Part shown: positions 25,199 to 38,269 of the stretch, one piece after another
Position numbering within the stretch: the first letter of the stretch is position 1
How the letters are laid out: each line of letters starts with the position of its first letter
DNA from: Octopus sinensis
Taxonomy: Eukaryota
DNA: 64,000 nucleotides
NCBI RefSeq assembly: GCF_006345805.1
Contig: NC_042997.1
Location: forward strand, 185,256,001-185,320,000
Direction: 5' to 3'
Made by a program: the position numbers and the translations under genes
The notes under the pieces: generated by a model
What the model saw: only the letters and a program-made list of their open reading frames with translations
Told to the model about the DNA's origin: nothing
Databases searched by the model: none

Positions 25199-25600
25199 GA
25201 ATGCACAACAGAACAATAAATTTTACAATTATAAATTCAATACAATTTAAATATTTTATACAAACAAATGACACATCTCATGAATTTATTTGACGAAAAC
25301 TATCAAATGAAAATATTTATAATTGGTAAGGCTTTACGAAAACGCTTTATAAGAGAGAGCTTAATGATAAAAAAAACTAAATAACCTACCTGAAATTAGG
25401 TAAATTCATAAAATTAAATCTATATATATTCCGTTCTATAACCGATTTTTCGCCCAATACACACGTTCATATATACATACTTATATATTTATATATATGC
25501 ACACATACAACTATTATTTGTATATACATACATACACACATACTTACGTATACACAGATGTATACACACGTGCACAAGTTTAGTTATTCATCTCTCTCTC

Positions 25601-25639
<39 letters not shown>

Positions 25640-26246
25640 ACATATATATATATATACGCTTTGTGTGAATGGGTTTATGGGATTGTTGCTGCAGGCACGT
25701 TTGCAAGTAAATAAATGAGTGTATATTTTTGTCTGTAGGTTATTTGTTATTTTTTGGTTGCACATCTCTGTTTATTTTGATTTCTATATCTGTATATTTC
25801 TCTGGTTGTTTGTATGATTATTTAATTGTGTAGCAATCTTTATTTCAAAATGAACGTCTAAGGAAAAATAAGTGGAAAATTGTTTCATAGACATCTATTT
25901 ACATATTTATGTCTTGGGTAAAATAACAAATAGATTAAATAACAAACCAAACAACCTTTAATATTACTATTCCGATAAGTCATTTGGACACCAGATAATG
26001 CAATATTGTTACATATAGACAAATACACACACACACACATATATATATATACATGTATGTGTGTGAGTTTGTGTGCTAGTGTGTGTGTGTGTGTGTGTGT
26101 AAAGATTGAAGACTGAATGTATATCGGCAAAAATTCAATTATATTGGAATGCCTATCGCATTAGTTTCAGAAAAATTGACTCCGCAAACCATCTTCATAG
26201 ACTTGTCAGATCTCTGCACTGCAATTTTCTCAAGTCCTGTGGTTTT

Positions 26247-26315
<69 letters not shown>

Positions 26316-26318
26316 ATC

Positions 26319-26397
<79 letters not shown>

Positions 26398-27031
26398 ATC
26401 TATCTATCTATCTATCTATATATATATATATATATATATATATCTGTCTATGTATGTATGCATGTATGTATGTATCTATTGTCTGTCTGTCTATCTATCT
26501 ATTGCTTAAATATATATATATACACTCACACACAACCTTATATGTATATACATACATACATACAAACATACATACACGCACATACGTGAACATGTATATA
26601 CACATATACATCTACAGATATATATATATATATATATATATTAATATATATATATATTATATATATATATATTATATATATATACATATATATATATATA
26701 CACGTGTAGATATGCAAATGCAAATACGCAAATGTAATATGCGTATGCGTATCCGTGTAAATACGTCTTTATGAAGACACATACATTGGAATTCAATTAT
26801 ATGAATGCATATCGTATTAGATTCAGAATTATTGACTTTGAAAACTATCTTTATAGACTTGTCAGAACTTTGTACCGCAATTTTCTCCAGTTCTTTAGTT
26901 TTCCAATCAATAAATTCATATATCTATACTATACATTTATTTATTCATTTTACAATCAGCTATCTCCCTACCTATTTATTTATTTATCTCTTTATATAAT
27001 TACCCAAAATCATATATATATATAAATATAA

Positions 27032-27108
<77 letters not shown>

Positions 27109-28071
27109 TTACATATATATATACATAATATATATATATATATACATATATATATACATATATATATACATATATATATACATATATATATATACGTATA
27201 TATATATATACATATATATATATACATATATATACACATATATATATATACATATATATATATACATATATATATATACATAATATATATATATATATAT
27301 ATCATATATATATACACATATATATACATATATTATATAATGGTATCCATACTTTTTGAAAAACTATTCATCTAAATCTTGAAAGCTCTGCTTAAGTGTA
27401 ATCTTGGTAGAGCATTGTGAAGCGACATTACATTACCCCTATCCAAGAGCGCGATCTTGGGCAAGGTTGGATAGTTAACCAATCTAAAAATAAGCGCCAG
27501 TGCATCTTGGCATAAGTATCGCCAGATTTCTCAGAATATAAGAGAAGCTGATGCGGAATGTCCCTGGAAAACCGTTCCTAATGTCCAGAGTATTTCACCA
27601 TTAGTAGTATATTTTGTTTTTATGGATGCCACAAGAATTAAGAGGAAATACACCACCCAGTAAACTGCTCGCATAACGTACAGAAACGGGAACAGATACC
27701 TCCAGGTTGTGTTCGGTTTGTAATAGTTTTAATGTTAGACGCATTACGTGTAGGGTAGGCCAAAATTCACGCACCAAGAGGAAACTTCTGCGTTGCGGAA
27801 CTATTAAAACACATGTTTCAACTTTTCCAAAATTGAATAAAATGAATAGAATAATGATGAATAAACTCATCCTTGTACATGATGAACGAAACGAATAACA
27901 ACAACAACAATAATAATGATACTGATGGACTCTCCGTCAAAGACGACACAAGGGCGTTCAGCTTTGGCCGAACGATCTGCACAAATGATTTGTTCATAGT
28001 GATAAAATGTTCGTGCCACACATTAGCTCACTCACCCTATCAAATCAACGATGTCTGAATCTGAATCTCTC

Positions 28072-28138
<67 letters not shown>

Positions 28139-28141
<3 letters not shown>

Positions 28142-28312
28142 AGAACTTACGAAAAAAAACAAAATACGAAGACAGGTGGTGTACAAAACAAATAGGTGTA
28201 TTAGTATAACGCTCAGGAATAGAAAAGTATTTTACGTTTCGAGCCTACGCTCTTCTACAGAAAGGGACACAGAAAGAAACAAGGAGAGAAATAAGGAGAG
28301 AAAAAAGGAGAG
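28139..28312 (-). mobile_element. PLE-type pseudo-LTR fragment with hammerhead-like motif (GAGCGTAGGCTC family)
   Basis: Minus strand CTTT-CTGTAGA-A-GAGC-GTAG-GCTC-GAAACGTA-AAA. Flanked by (TA)n. Confidence 0.65.
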
Positions 28313-28314
28313 AA

Positions 28315-28354
<40 letters not shown>

Positions 28355-29317
28355 TATATATATAATATATATATATATACATTTTCGGTAGGATACTTTA
28401 ATATACATTTCCAGATATTTTCTGCTCAATGTCGAGATCAAAATTCCATTGCTAAACACGTATTACGTTATAACCATATCATCCACACCAACTATTACCT
28501 CAAAATACACAGGAAATGCTCTCACAACAAACACAGACTCATTGAAAATAATACCAACTCGACCAGCACCGCAACCGTCAACACACCCACCGAGTCGTAT
28601 ATCATTTAAATTAAAATAGGTCCTGTATTGTTAAAATAATAGGAAAATACAATTACTGATATGCTGAATGAATTTAATACGCACATTTGGAGTGCTTACT
28701 CAACAACTTGTTACATAGATAAATGTTTTCAGTCGCTAGAAACACAATACATTAATGAAATTAAGAGTGCCTCGGTATATAGATGACTGGATAAGAAAAA
28801 GCACATATTACCAAAGCGAATAAGAGAAAAAGATATGACTGCAGGGAAGGGGAAGCCCAATTAAAGGTAATCTAATCATAATAGATAAATATATAAACAG
28901 GCAAGAAATATCATCCATACAGAGAAAGAAAAGAATATGATGACTTATATTGATATTGCCAAAGACGAGATAATATATATTTGGAAAAGCTTGGGAAATA
29001 GGATCCTCCTGATGTTAAAATTTTAACATAGTTTAGGGGCTATTATATTTCTGACTGTATAATAGTAACTGTGTGTTTTAGAAAAGACTTAGGCTCAGCT
29101 ATTAAGTTGTACGGTTATAAACTGAATTAAATATAAGAATTTTTGCCATTTTCATATACCATAGAACAAGTTGTGAACGCTTTAATATTAAAGGTCAGGC
29201 AAAGAAAATTTTAATGATACTATTAAAACCAATAATGTAACGGCTAATTCAATGATAAAAGAAATAAACATGACGTTAAAATACTACTACTACTACTACT
29301 ACTGATGATGATGATGC

Positions 29318-29367
<50 letters not shown>

Positions 29368-29368
<1 letters not shown>

Positions 29369-29560
29369 TCCTTGCTACAAGGCTTGAAATTTCGGGGGAG
29401 GGTGTAAATCGATTACTTCGACCCCAGTTCCCAACTAGTACTTATTTCATCGAGTCCGAAAGCATGAAATGTAAAGTCGATTTCGGTGGAATTTGAACTC
29501 AGAACGTACGTGCCGCTAAGAATTTTGCCCTGCATGCTAACAATTCTGCCAACAATTCAC
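29368..29560 (-). mobile_element. Family-B-related SINE, degenerate
   Basis: AAAGTCGATTTCGGTGGAATTTGAACTCAGAACG core. Confidence 0.7.
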
Positions 29561-29633
29561 CTTAATAATAATAATAGTAATAACAATAACAAAAACTACA
29601 ATAACAACAACAATAATGATGATGATGAGGAGG

Positions 29634-29671
<38 letters not shown>

Positions 29672-29692
29672 TAATAATAATAATAATAATAA

Positions 29693-30247
29693 CGCCCTGA
29701 TGCAGTACCAGGCAGTGGCTCTCATGGCTTCTGATCTTAACTGATTGGCGGTGTTATCATGTACATTATTTTGTCTTGGTATAAAAGATGTGCAACAGCA
29801 AATATTCTACTCCGTACCACAGATTTGCTTGTCAGTTATTTGACCTTAACCAGTTTATCATGTCCTTTAGTGGCTGATGATATGTGCATTTTGACCACGA
29901 GCAGAAGTAGTGGGGGAGCATCATAGCCGTGTGTTGAAAGGAATTCTTGGAGGTTTGGATAATTCACCTTTGGAAACATGGGTGGTTCTATGAACATCCT
30001 TAAACAACGTTTATTCAAGAACCATTTGAGCTGGATGGTCTACTTGACCTGAAGAAAATTCTATCTGGGCCCCACCTGCAAAGTCATGCGCTGTTTATCT
30101 TGATATGAGATCACTATGTCGCGCACATATGGTTGTGATGCATGTGCTTAGCGTACCCTTATCAGACAGGTAGTCTGATGGGTATACTGGGCTTCGGATA
30201 TTTTACCCCAGTGTCACTTTGATGGCATTCACTGCACTCTCACTCTA
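29693..30247. mobile_element. ORF-less approximately 555-bp interspersed element embedded in (TAA)n
   Basis: Complex-sequence block (ACGCCCTGATGCAGTACCAGG...CACTGCACTCTCACTC) with sharp boundaries into TAA tracts on both sides. Confidence 0.6.
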
Positions 30248-30270
30248 TAATGATAATAATATTAATAATA

Positions 30271-30320
<50 letters not shown>

Positions 30321-31093
30321 TGATGATGATGATGATGATAATAATAATAATAATAATAATAATAAAATAATAATAATAATAATAATAAAATATATACCCT
30401 TAGCCTTCTCTGAATTATTTCTGTTAGTTCATACACACACGCGCACCTATACTGGCATTCATACATATATACATACATGCATGCATACGTACATATATAC
30501 ACATATACATATGAATACGTATTATATATGAAAATGATGTCCAGTATTTCTTTCAGACATATTTTATAAAGATATAAAATAAAAAGATTGCTGCAGTACA
30601 TTTTGCATTTCATTTCCCTATATATATTCTTTTGATTTTTTTTTTATGTTGCCGAAGACAATTTACAATTTCCTAACCCATTTTAATGACATTTCAAGGA
30701 CAACTAACCTTATCATGAGGAAATGAAAGCATGACGTACTGAAACAGGATTTTTTTTTTCTTTTCGTATTATATTATATCATATTATTTCGAAAGATCTT
30801 TGTGTGTAATATATGCTGACTTTACAATGGCATTTACATACACGAGTTGCCTTTCAGTAATTCAGAACAGAACATACAAGACACAACTTTATCACTAGGT
30901 AATGGATATTATACACTCACAAATATATACACTCAAATTCATACACGTCTCTAAATACACACATATATATAAATGAATATACATATATAAATATACATAC
31001 GTATAATATTTATATACCCAATAAGAAAGACCCCCTTCCAGGTGGATTTCTGCTTGTTGCTGTGTGATCTTTACCCATTTGATATTTATACAT

Positions 31094-31318
31094 TTACTCT
31101 CTTACTCTCTTTTACTTGTTTCAGTCTTTGACTGCGGCCATGCTGGAGCCCCGCCTTTAGTCGAGAAAATCGACCCCAGGACTTATTCTTTGTAAGCCTA
31201 GTACTTATTCTATCTGTCTCATTTGCCGAACTGCTAAGTTACGGGGACGTAAACACACTACCATCGGTTGTCAAGCGATGTTGGGGGACAAACACAGACA
31301 CACAAACATATACACACA

Positions 31319-31366
<48 letters not shown>

Positions 31367-31526
31367 TACGACGGGCTTCTTTCAGTTTCCGTCGACCAAA
31401 TCCACTCACATGGTTGACCCGAGGCTATAGTAGAAGACACTTGCCCAAGGTGACACGCAGTGGGACTGAACCCGGAACCATGTGATTGGTAAACAAACTA
31501 TTTACCACACAGCCACTCCCGCGCCT
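31094..31526 (-). mobile_element. Family-A tRNA SINE, full length
   Basis: Head ends CACAGCCACTCCCGCGCCT on the plus strand; tail has TTACTCT repeats. Confidence 0.92.
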
Positions 31527-32151
31527 ATTTACACAAGCTTTTTCTTCTATATTATCTTTTTTGTTTTACACATAATTGCAATTAGATCATCAAAACGTTT
31601 TAGGAAACAACGTTGACATTCGCAAAATATTGGTATCTCACCATTCTCTCACAGTATGTTTGTAAGTTTGAAAATGATGACGAGTATTCCAGTGAGACAT
31701 ATTTTATAAAAGTTTAAACTATAAATCATATTCTACACCATCAGAAAGATATTTATAGAAAACCTAATTAAAAATATCATTTTTCTTAAAGTTATAAGGA
31801 AACAAACATGGGGAAAGAGGAATTAGTATCAGTAAATTAAAGCCACTTTCTTATAGTTTTCTATTTCTGGAACAACACCCAACAAATATGAAGGGATACT
31901 AGAATCAACATAATTAGGGTCAACCTGGATTAAACCTGGTTAATTTGAGTTGCATATATTTGGGTAACTTTTATATTTCAGAACTATAGACTGACATTAA
32001 ATACACTATTACTTATTGAATTGAGATGTTGCGGTGGATAAAAATTAGATTTGTCACTGAAGTGCGTACTTGAAAACCTCAATAATAAATGAACTTGAGA
32101 ACAGTTGGAATTTATATGAAGTTTGCTGGCAGGCTAGACTTGAATACTTAC

Positions 32152-32660
32152 TTTCTTTATAGGAAAGATGAACAAGTCTGTATTAATACAAATCACTTGC
32201 AAAACATATTTTACTACGGCGGGGCAGCGGGTTAACGTAAATAATCATATTTTGAGTGGAATGTAATAAGTGGGACATAGTCTCTATCAGTTTACTGCAT
32301 TCTTTCAATTTTCTTGGTTCTATCTCGACCTCTCGATCTTCCAGGGTGTTGGTGTTTAAACCTTTTGCTGTAGATGATGCATAACTGGCGACTGGTTCCT
32401 GCTCCCTCTCACTTCTCTTCTCCACTTCACCCATAAACGGGGAAGAAAATAAATACAAAATCACAAACCCCCAGGCAAAAACAGCAACAGTAATTCAACA
32501 AATTCGACAATTCAAGTCATAGGTTTACCCGCACGGGGAGACCTGTAACACGTGTAACAATGCGACATACGTCTACACGGGATCAAAAACTTGATTCAAG
32601 AACAACAAAAATGGCTCGCTGGCTGACGGCGTCTGCTACAACAGCTGTATAACAATGTCA
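32152..32660 (-). other. Candidate first exon / promoter-proximal unique sequence of an unidentified transcript
   Basis: Repeat-free and CpG-containing. GCCATTTT (YY1-like) near 32605-32615, a 93-codon non-repetitive ORF (32183-32464) and a consensus donor GTAAGT at 32151-32146. No recognisable protein family. Confidence 0.3.
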
Positions 32661-33502
32661 CTCAATTATGTAGTAGGTATATATGCGTGCCTATGTGTGC
32701 CTTTGTGTGGAGCGCAGAAATATTTCTTAATCACCATTGATCCCGTCGTTGTGGATCGTGTTAAATTGATTATCCAGGGGCAGAGGAGGCTCTCGTTATT
32801 TTTGACAAGCAGCACTTTTAGGATAAAGACACTGACATAAAATTTGTAGTCATAATAGTACCAGTCGTCTTGCAATGTTTGTCACTGGAACCTAGTATGT
32901 GACCGAAAAAGTGAGGAAAAATTTGGTACAAGCTCTGGTCACTAAATCCAATGGCGTAATGACATCTCACTATCATTTTTATGTAAGACAGCTATTATCT
33001 GACAAGATGAGGTAGTCATCACACACACGCACGTATACATCTATACATACACATACACACACTCAAATATATACACATCATTGTGTGTTGTATATAAGCA
33101 CAAACACATAAACACTCTTCTCTTTTTACTTATTTCTAGACACAGATGCCTTCTTATACTCACACATATACGCTCACCTTTCCCTCTTTAGAAGCGTTCT
33201 CTTCATCCCTTTTTCATTGACTATTCTTTCTCACTTCTTCAATGTTCTTGCCTTTCTCCTGATGAAAGAAATAACAATTAATAAGTTGGAATTATTTCAC
33301 TTTAAATACGGTTAAGCCTATACGATATTTGTTAACCCTTGTTCCTCCTGTGAGATATACTAAATTCCCGTGTTGCAATGGTGTATAAATAAACTACTCA
33401 GTGAATCACTGTCTGTCTTTTGGAGCTATAGCAGTCAAATTTCCGTCAAGTCACAAACTACACCTTAAAAACCGAATAATATATAAAATAATATAATCTC
33501 AA

Positions 33503-33763
33503 TTATGGATGCGCGTGGCTTAGTGGTTAGGGTGCCAGCATCATGATCGTAAGATTGTGGTTTCGATTCCTGGACCGGGCGACGCGTTGTGTTCTTGAGC
33601 AAAACACTTCATTTCACGTTGCTCCAGTCCGCTCAGCTGGCAAAAATGAGCAACGCTGCAATAGACTGGCGTTCCGCCCAGCTGGAGAACACATACGCCA
33701 TAGAAACCAGGAAACCGGACCCATGAGCCTGGCTAGGCTTTAAAAGGGTGCATTTATTGATTT
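33503..33763 (+). mobile_element. Family-C tRNA SINE with 11-bp TSD
   Basis: A box TGGCTTAGTGG and B box GGTTTCGATTCC. TATAATCTCAA is present at 33492-33502 and 33764-33774. Confidence 0.9.
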
Positions 33764-34508
33764 TATAATCTCAAATGTACTTTTCTTTAAATCATCACGG
33801 GTCACTCACATTTGTAAAAATATTTCTCATGGATATACTCAATTATATATGATCCAGTGCTACTCAAAAACAAGAATAGCAGCAATGACATCAATAATGA
33901 CGTGGGTCAATCTAAAACGCTGCTGTCCTTCTAAAATAATAACGTCATTGAGCAATAAGAAGTGATAAAGAAGTGACCTTGTATTACAATAAATATATTA
34001 AACCCATAACACTAACAAAACTTGCGCGTGTATATCATAAAATATTAATATATTCTATATATATAGTTATTTCGCTTCAGATTATCCCAGAAGATAATTT
34101 CCATCAAAGGATGAGAAACAGTTGAGATAATAACGGCAAATTTGTTAGCTTTGACGTCATTTACAACTCAGAAGGTCATTTTAAAATCACCAGTCGGCGT
34201 ACTTCCATGTGTTAAAATAGGATATTAATTCGCCATTATGTATATGGGTTTAATATCAAAGCACTTCTTTTTTTTCGTTATAGTAGTTCACATTTATACA
34301 TAAATAATTTTGTTCTTTCATATAACAGCTGAGAATATCAGTCCGCCATTCAAGCCTTGCATCTCTAATTGACTTCTGTTTTAGAAAAAGAATTTAAATG
34401 CTACAAAACGTTTTAAAAAGATATTAGCAACAACAGCAGCAGCAGCATTAACAAATAAAACTAGAATGATACTTCATATCAAAAGGCAAAACACAAAATT
34501 GTCGCACA

Positions 34509-34577
<69 letters not shown>

Positions 34578-35115
34578 TGTGAAAATTATAAGGGTAGAAA
34601 ATTGAGAAAATATTTTGAACCGGTGGCTAGCATGCGTAATGAAAGTCAATAGACAACATATTTTCATATATAAGAGTATATAAGTATTTATACACAGACA
34701 GGTGACACTTAACAGGGCGCCTGACAGGCTAGAAAGAGCAGCCAATCCCAAAGCATGAGGAAAAGTAATTCCAAAGAGAGTGAAAGAAAAAAAATCTTTA
34801 TAGTTGACCCCAAACACCAGTTTCTGCATTAATGAACAAATAAATTAATTTGTCAACCGTACTTCACACTGACGAAGTACGGATGACAAATTCATTTATT
34901 TTTTTTATTTGTTCTCTGTATATATATATATTAAGAAGTTGTCCTTAATTGCTAAATTTTTATTCCGAAAAAACTCTCCTTTCCCGAAATGCAATTCGTA
35001 AAAGTCTGCCATTTACCGGATGTAATATATGTAAACACACCCATGTGCTTCGTTGATGTTGATCAGTTAGCTGCTCGGCTTAGACGAGGTAGGGTCGTTT
35101 ATTTATGATACGTCC

Positions 35116-35164
35116 AGGCTTGCTGATGAATACAGAGGTATGAAATCACAGCTGATACAAGTCT
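35116..35164 (+). ncRNA. Type I hammerhead ribozyme, copy 1
   Basis: AGGCTTG [stem I] CTGATGA ATAC-agag-GTAT [stem II] GAA ATCA-cagc-TGAT [stem III] A (H17 at 35157) CAAGTCT [stem I']. The core consensus is complete. Confidence 0.88.
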
Positions 35165-35573
35165 ATATTTTTAAATGTCTAACTTTGAAAAATTGCATTC
35201 GGTGGGATTAGTAAAATTTTTGGTAGAAATGACTAATTTTGTCCCTCTTAGCGTGTGGCATGTATGTATAATAATGCCCTCTATATATAAATTAATATGT
35301 TCAATAAGAAAGAATTATTTTCGAAATTTTTTCTCTTATGAGGTCTTTCACGCTATCTACCTGATAATTTCTTGTTAAGTTTTCCTTATTAAGAAGTTGT
35401 CCTTAATTGCTAAATTTTTATTCCGAAAAAACTCTCCTTTCCCGAAATGCAATTCGTAAAAGTCTGCCATTTACCGGATGTAATATATGTAAACTCACCC
35501 ATGTGCTTCGTTGATGTTGATCAGTTAGCTGCTCGGCTTAGACGAGGTAGGGTCGTTTATTTATGATACGTCC

Positions 35574-35622
35574 AGGCTTGCTGATGAATACAGAAGTATG
35601 AAATCACAGGTGATACAAGTCT
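35574..35622 (+). ncRNA. Type I hammerhead ribozyme, copy 2
   Basis: AGGCTTG CTGATGA ATAC-agaa-GTAT GAA ATCA-cagg-TGAT A (H17 at 35615) CAAGTCT. It differs from copy 1 only in the loops. Confidence 0.88.
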
Positions 35623-37092
35623 ATATTTTTAAATGTCTTACTTTGAAAAATTGCATTCGGTGGGATTAGTAAAATTTTTTGTAGAAATGACTAATTTTGT
35701 CCCTCTTAGCGTATGGCATGTATGTATAATAATGCCCTCTATATATAAATTAATATATATATATAAATGGTTATAATTGCAACTTACACAAACAAAAAAG
35801 TTTTCATACAGGATTCACTTAACTATTGCTATGCGGATAGTGCATTTTCGAATGCCATGAGCTGTGAAATGTTTCTCTGTCTAACAGATATAAATCATAA
35901 GCTTTTATTTTCTTATGAAAACGTGATTTTACCTTATCCAATTATGGGATAAAGTATATGGCGTAGTGGTTAGGATACTAGACTCACGATCATAATATCA
36001 TTGTTTCGAGTCCCTGACGGGACGTTGCATGGTGACCTTGCAGGAAAAGAGTTAATGCTATGCTACTCCAAACCACTTGTTTAAAATAAGTATCAGAGAC
36101 GGTACTCCGTTTCTTAAAAATCCGTTCATTGCTTATAAGAAAGATGCGATACAAAGGCACCCTACGTACGTTTAAAAATATCTATCTATCTATCTATCTA
36201 TCTATTTTTTTATCTATTTATCTGTCTGTATGTTATGTGTCTGTATACCTAAAACTATCTGCTTACCAGAGGGAAATTTCAGTTGATATTTTACGGACGT
36301 TAATCAGGTAATTTGATGGACGTCATCTAGTCCATCAACCCGTTAAATATTTTTTTATTTTTATGTTGAAATATCTCACAGTGTATTTATGTATTCATGC
36401 AGCCAGAGAGAAATACTTCTAGACGACGTCTTCTCTATTTCTGTGTGAAAGCCTCTCTATCTCTACTCACTCTCCATATATATACGGAATATGATATAGA
36501 CATTTAGATAATTCTACTTCTGTCGTTTTCATATCCCAAAGAACCACTTACTCTCTAGTTTAATGGCGTCTATCGTTGGCAAAAGTCCATAATTTGTGGG
36601 CGATGAATGGAATCGACACTGCTTTCGAAGATGGAAGAAAACCTTGGGGGATTAAGTAAATGACGACAACAACAGATAGTCTGATTTTTAACACATTTTG
36701 CTGCACCTAAACATTCAACATTATTGCTTTATTAATGCGTTTATTAATGCTAGTATTAACTTCCATATAAAAGTTAAATAATGTCATCCAGTCTATATAT
36801 CTCGTATGAATTGCAGATTATCATAATACTATAATGTATGCTATCAATTTAGATCTAATTTGCTTGTGTTGTTTTTTAGCCGTAAGCCGGTTCTGGTCAA
36901 GTGGCTATATGATTTATCAGATACATTTAAGTTATGATCACACCGTTTTTTTTTCCAAGCTTATTACATCTCTAGCTTCTAATATTTCTTGGTTCGAGAA
37001 AAATTTGGATGATAATTTTACCAGTTGAAGTAACCCACAAAGGCGCGCCTTCTCCGGCCTCTTTAAAACGTCGCTTGCTATCATAATAGACA

Positions 37093-37501
37093 TACTCTTT
37101 TATTTGTTTCAGTCATTTGACTGTGGCCATGCTAGAGCACCGCCTTTTAGTCGAGCAAATCGACCCCAGGACTTATTCTTTGTAAGCCCAGCACTTATTC
37201 TATCGATCTCTTTTGCCGAACCGCTAGGTTACGGGGACCTAAACACACCAGCATCTATTATCAAGCGATGTGGGGGGGGGACAAAAATAGACACACAAAC
37301 ATACACACACACACACGCACATATATATATACAAATGCGACGAGATTCTTTCAGTTTCCGTCTACCAAATCCACTCACAAAGCTTTGGTCGACCCGAGGC
37401 TATAGTAGAAGACACCTGCCCAAGGTGCCAAGCAGTGGGACTGAACCCAGAACCATGTGGTTGGTAAGCAAGCTACCTACCACACAGTCACTTCTGCGCC
37501 T
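37093..37501 (-). mobile_element. Family-A tRNA SINE, full length
   Basis: Colinear with other family-A copies. Confidence 0.92.
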
Positions 37502-37589
37502 AACCTTGTGATTGATAACACTTTTACATAGACAACTCAGATACATAATTATATATAATTATGTATGAATCATAACACTTTGTATAGAT

Positions 37590-37934
37590 TTTTTTTCTGG
37601 AGTTCAGTCCCACTGCGTGGCACCTTGGGCAAGTTTCTTCTAGTATAGCCTCGGGCCGACCAAACCCTTGAGAGCGGATTTGGTAGACGGAAACTGAAAG
37701 AAGCCCGTCGTATATATGTATATATATGTGTGTGTTCATGTATATGTTGTGTATCTTGACAGCAGATACTGGTGTGTTTAGGTCCCTGTAACCTAGCGGT
37801 TCGGCAAAAGACACCAATAGAATAAGTACTAGGCTTACATAGAATAAGTCCTGGAGTCTATTTGATTTGACTAAAGGCAGTGCTCCAGCATGGCCGCAGT
37901 CAAATGACTGAAACAAGTAAAAGAATAAAAGAAT
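37590..37934 (+). mobile_element. Family-A tRNA SINE, 5'-truncated
   Basis: Begins at GTTCAGTCCCACTGCGTGGCACC and ends AAACAAGTAAAAGAATAAAAGAAT. Confidence 0.9.
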
Positions 37935-38230
37935 GTGTCTAAGTATGTTAGTGTGTAGATATATCCATGTTCACTGCTATCTTTAATTGTTTGAAATCTT
38001 CCGGTTAGGCAGGAGGTGCTCTCAATCAAAGATAGAAAGTTCTATTGTTGGAATATTGGTACGAAAAGCAATTTCAAATTTTGAATTTAAGAAAAGACAT
38101 TCATACTTTTACTGTTCCGCTTACAAATTGCATTTGTAATGTGCGAGTTTAGTGGTTGATTACTTTTTCTTAAAACAACAGGTTGTCCAGTGTCACTTAG
38201 GCGTTCTATGTATGTATGTATGTATGTATG

Positions 38231-38261
<31 letters not shown>

Positions 38262-38269
38262 GAATGCCT

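Larger units (their letters stand above)
34929..35756 (+). mobile_element. Retrozyme-like tandem repeat: 370-bp direct repeats (34929-35298 and 35387-35756), 458-bp period, each with a hammerhead
   Basis: About 6 substitutions between the copies by eye, no ORF, (TA)n at both outer ends. Confidence 0.85.

Noticed and set aside
27350-27900. Possible transposase relic on the minus strand (YPTLPKIA-like string)
   Set aside because: There is only one weak motif, and the frames do not extend into a recognisable hAT or mariner domain.
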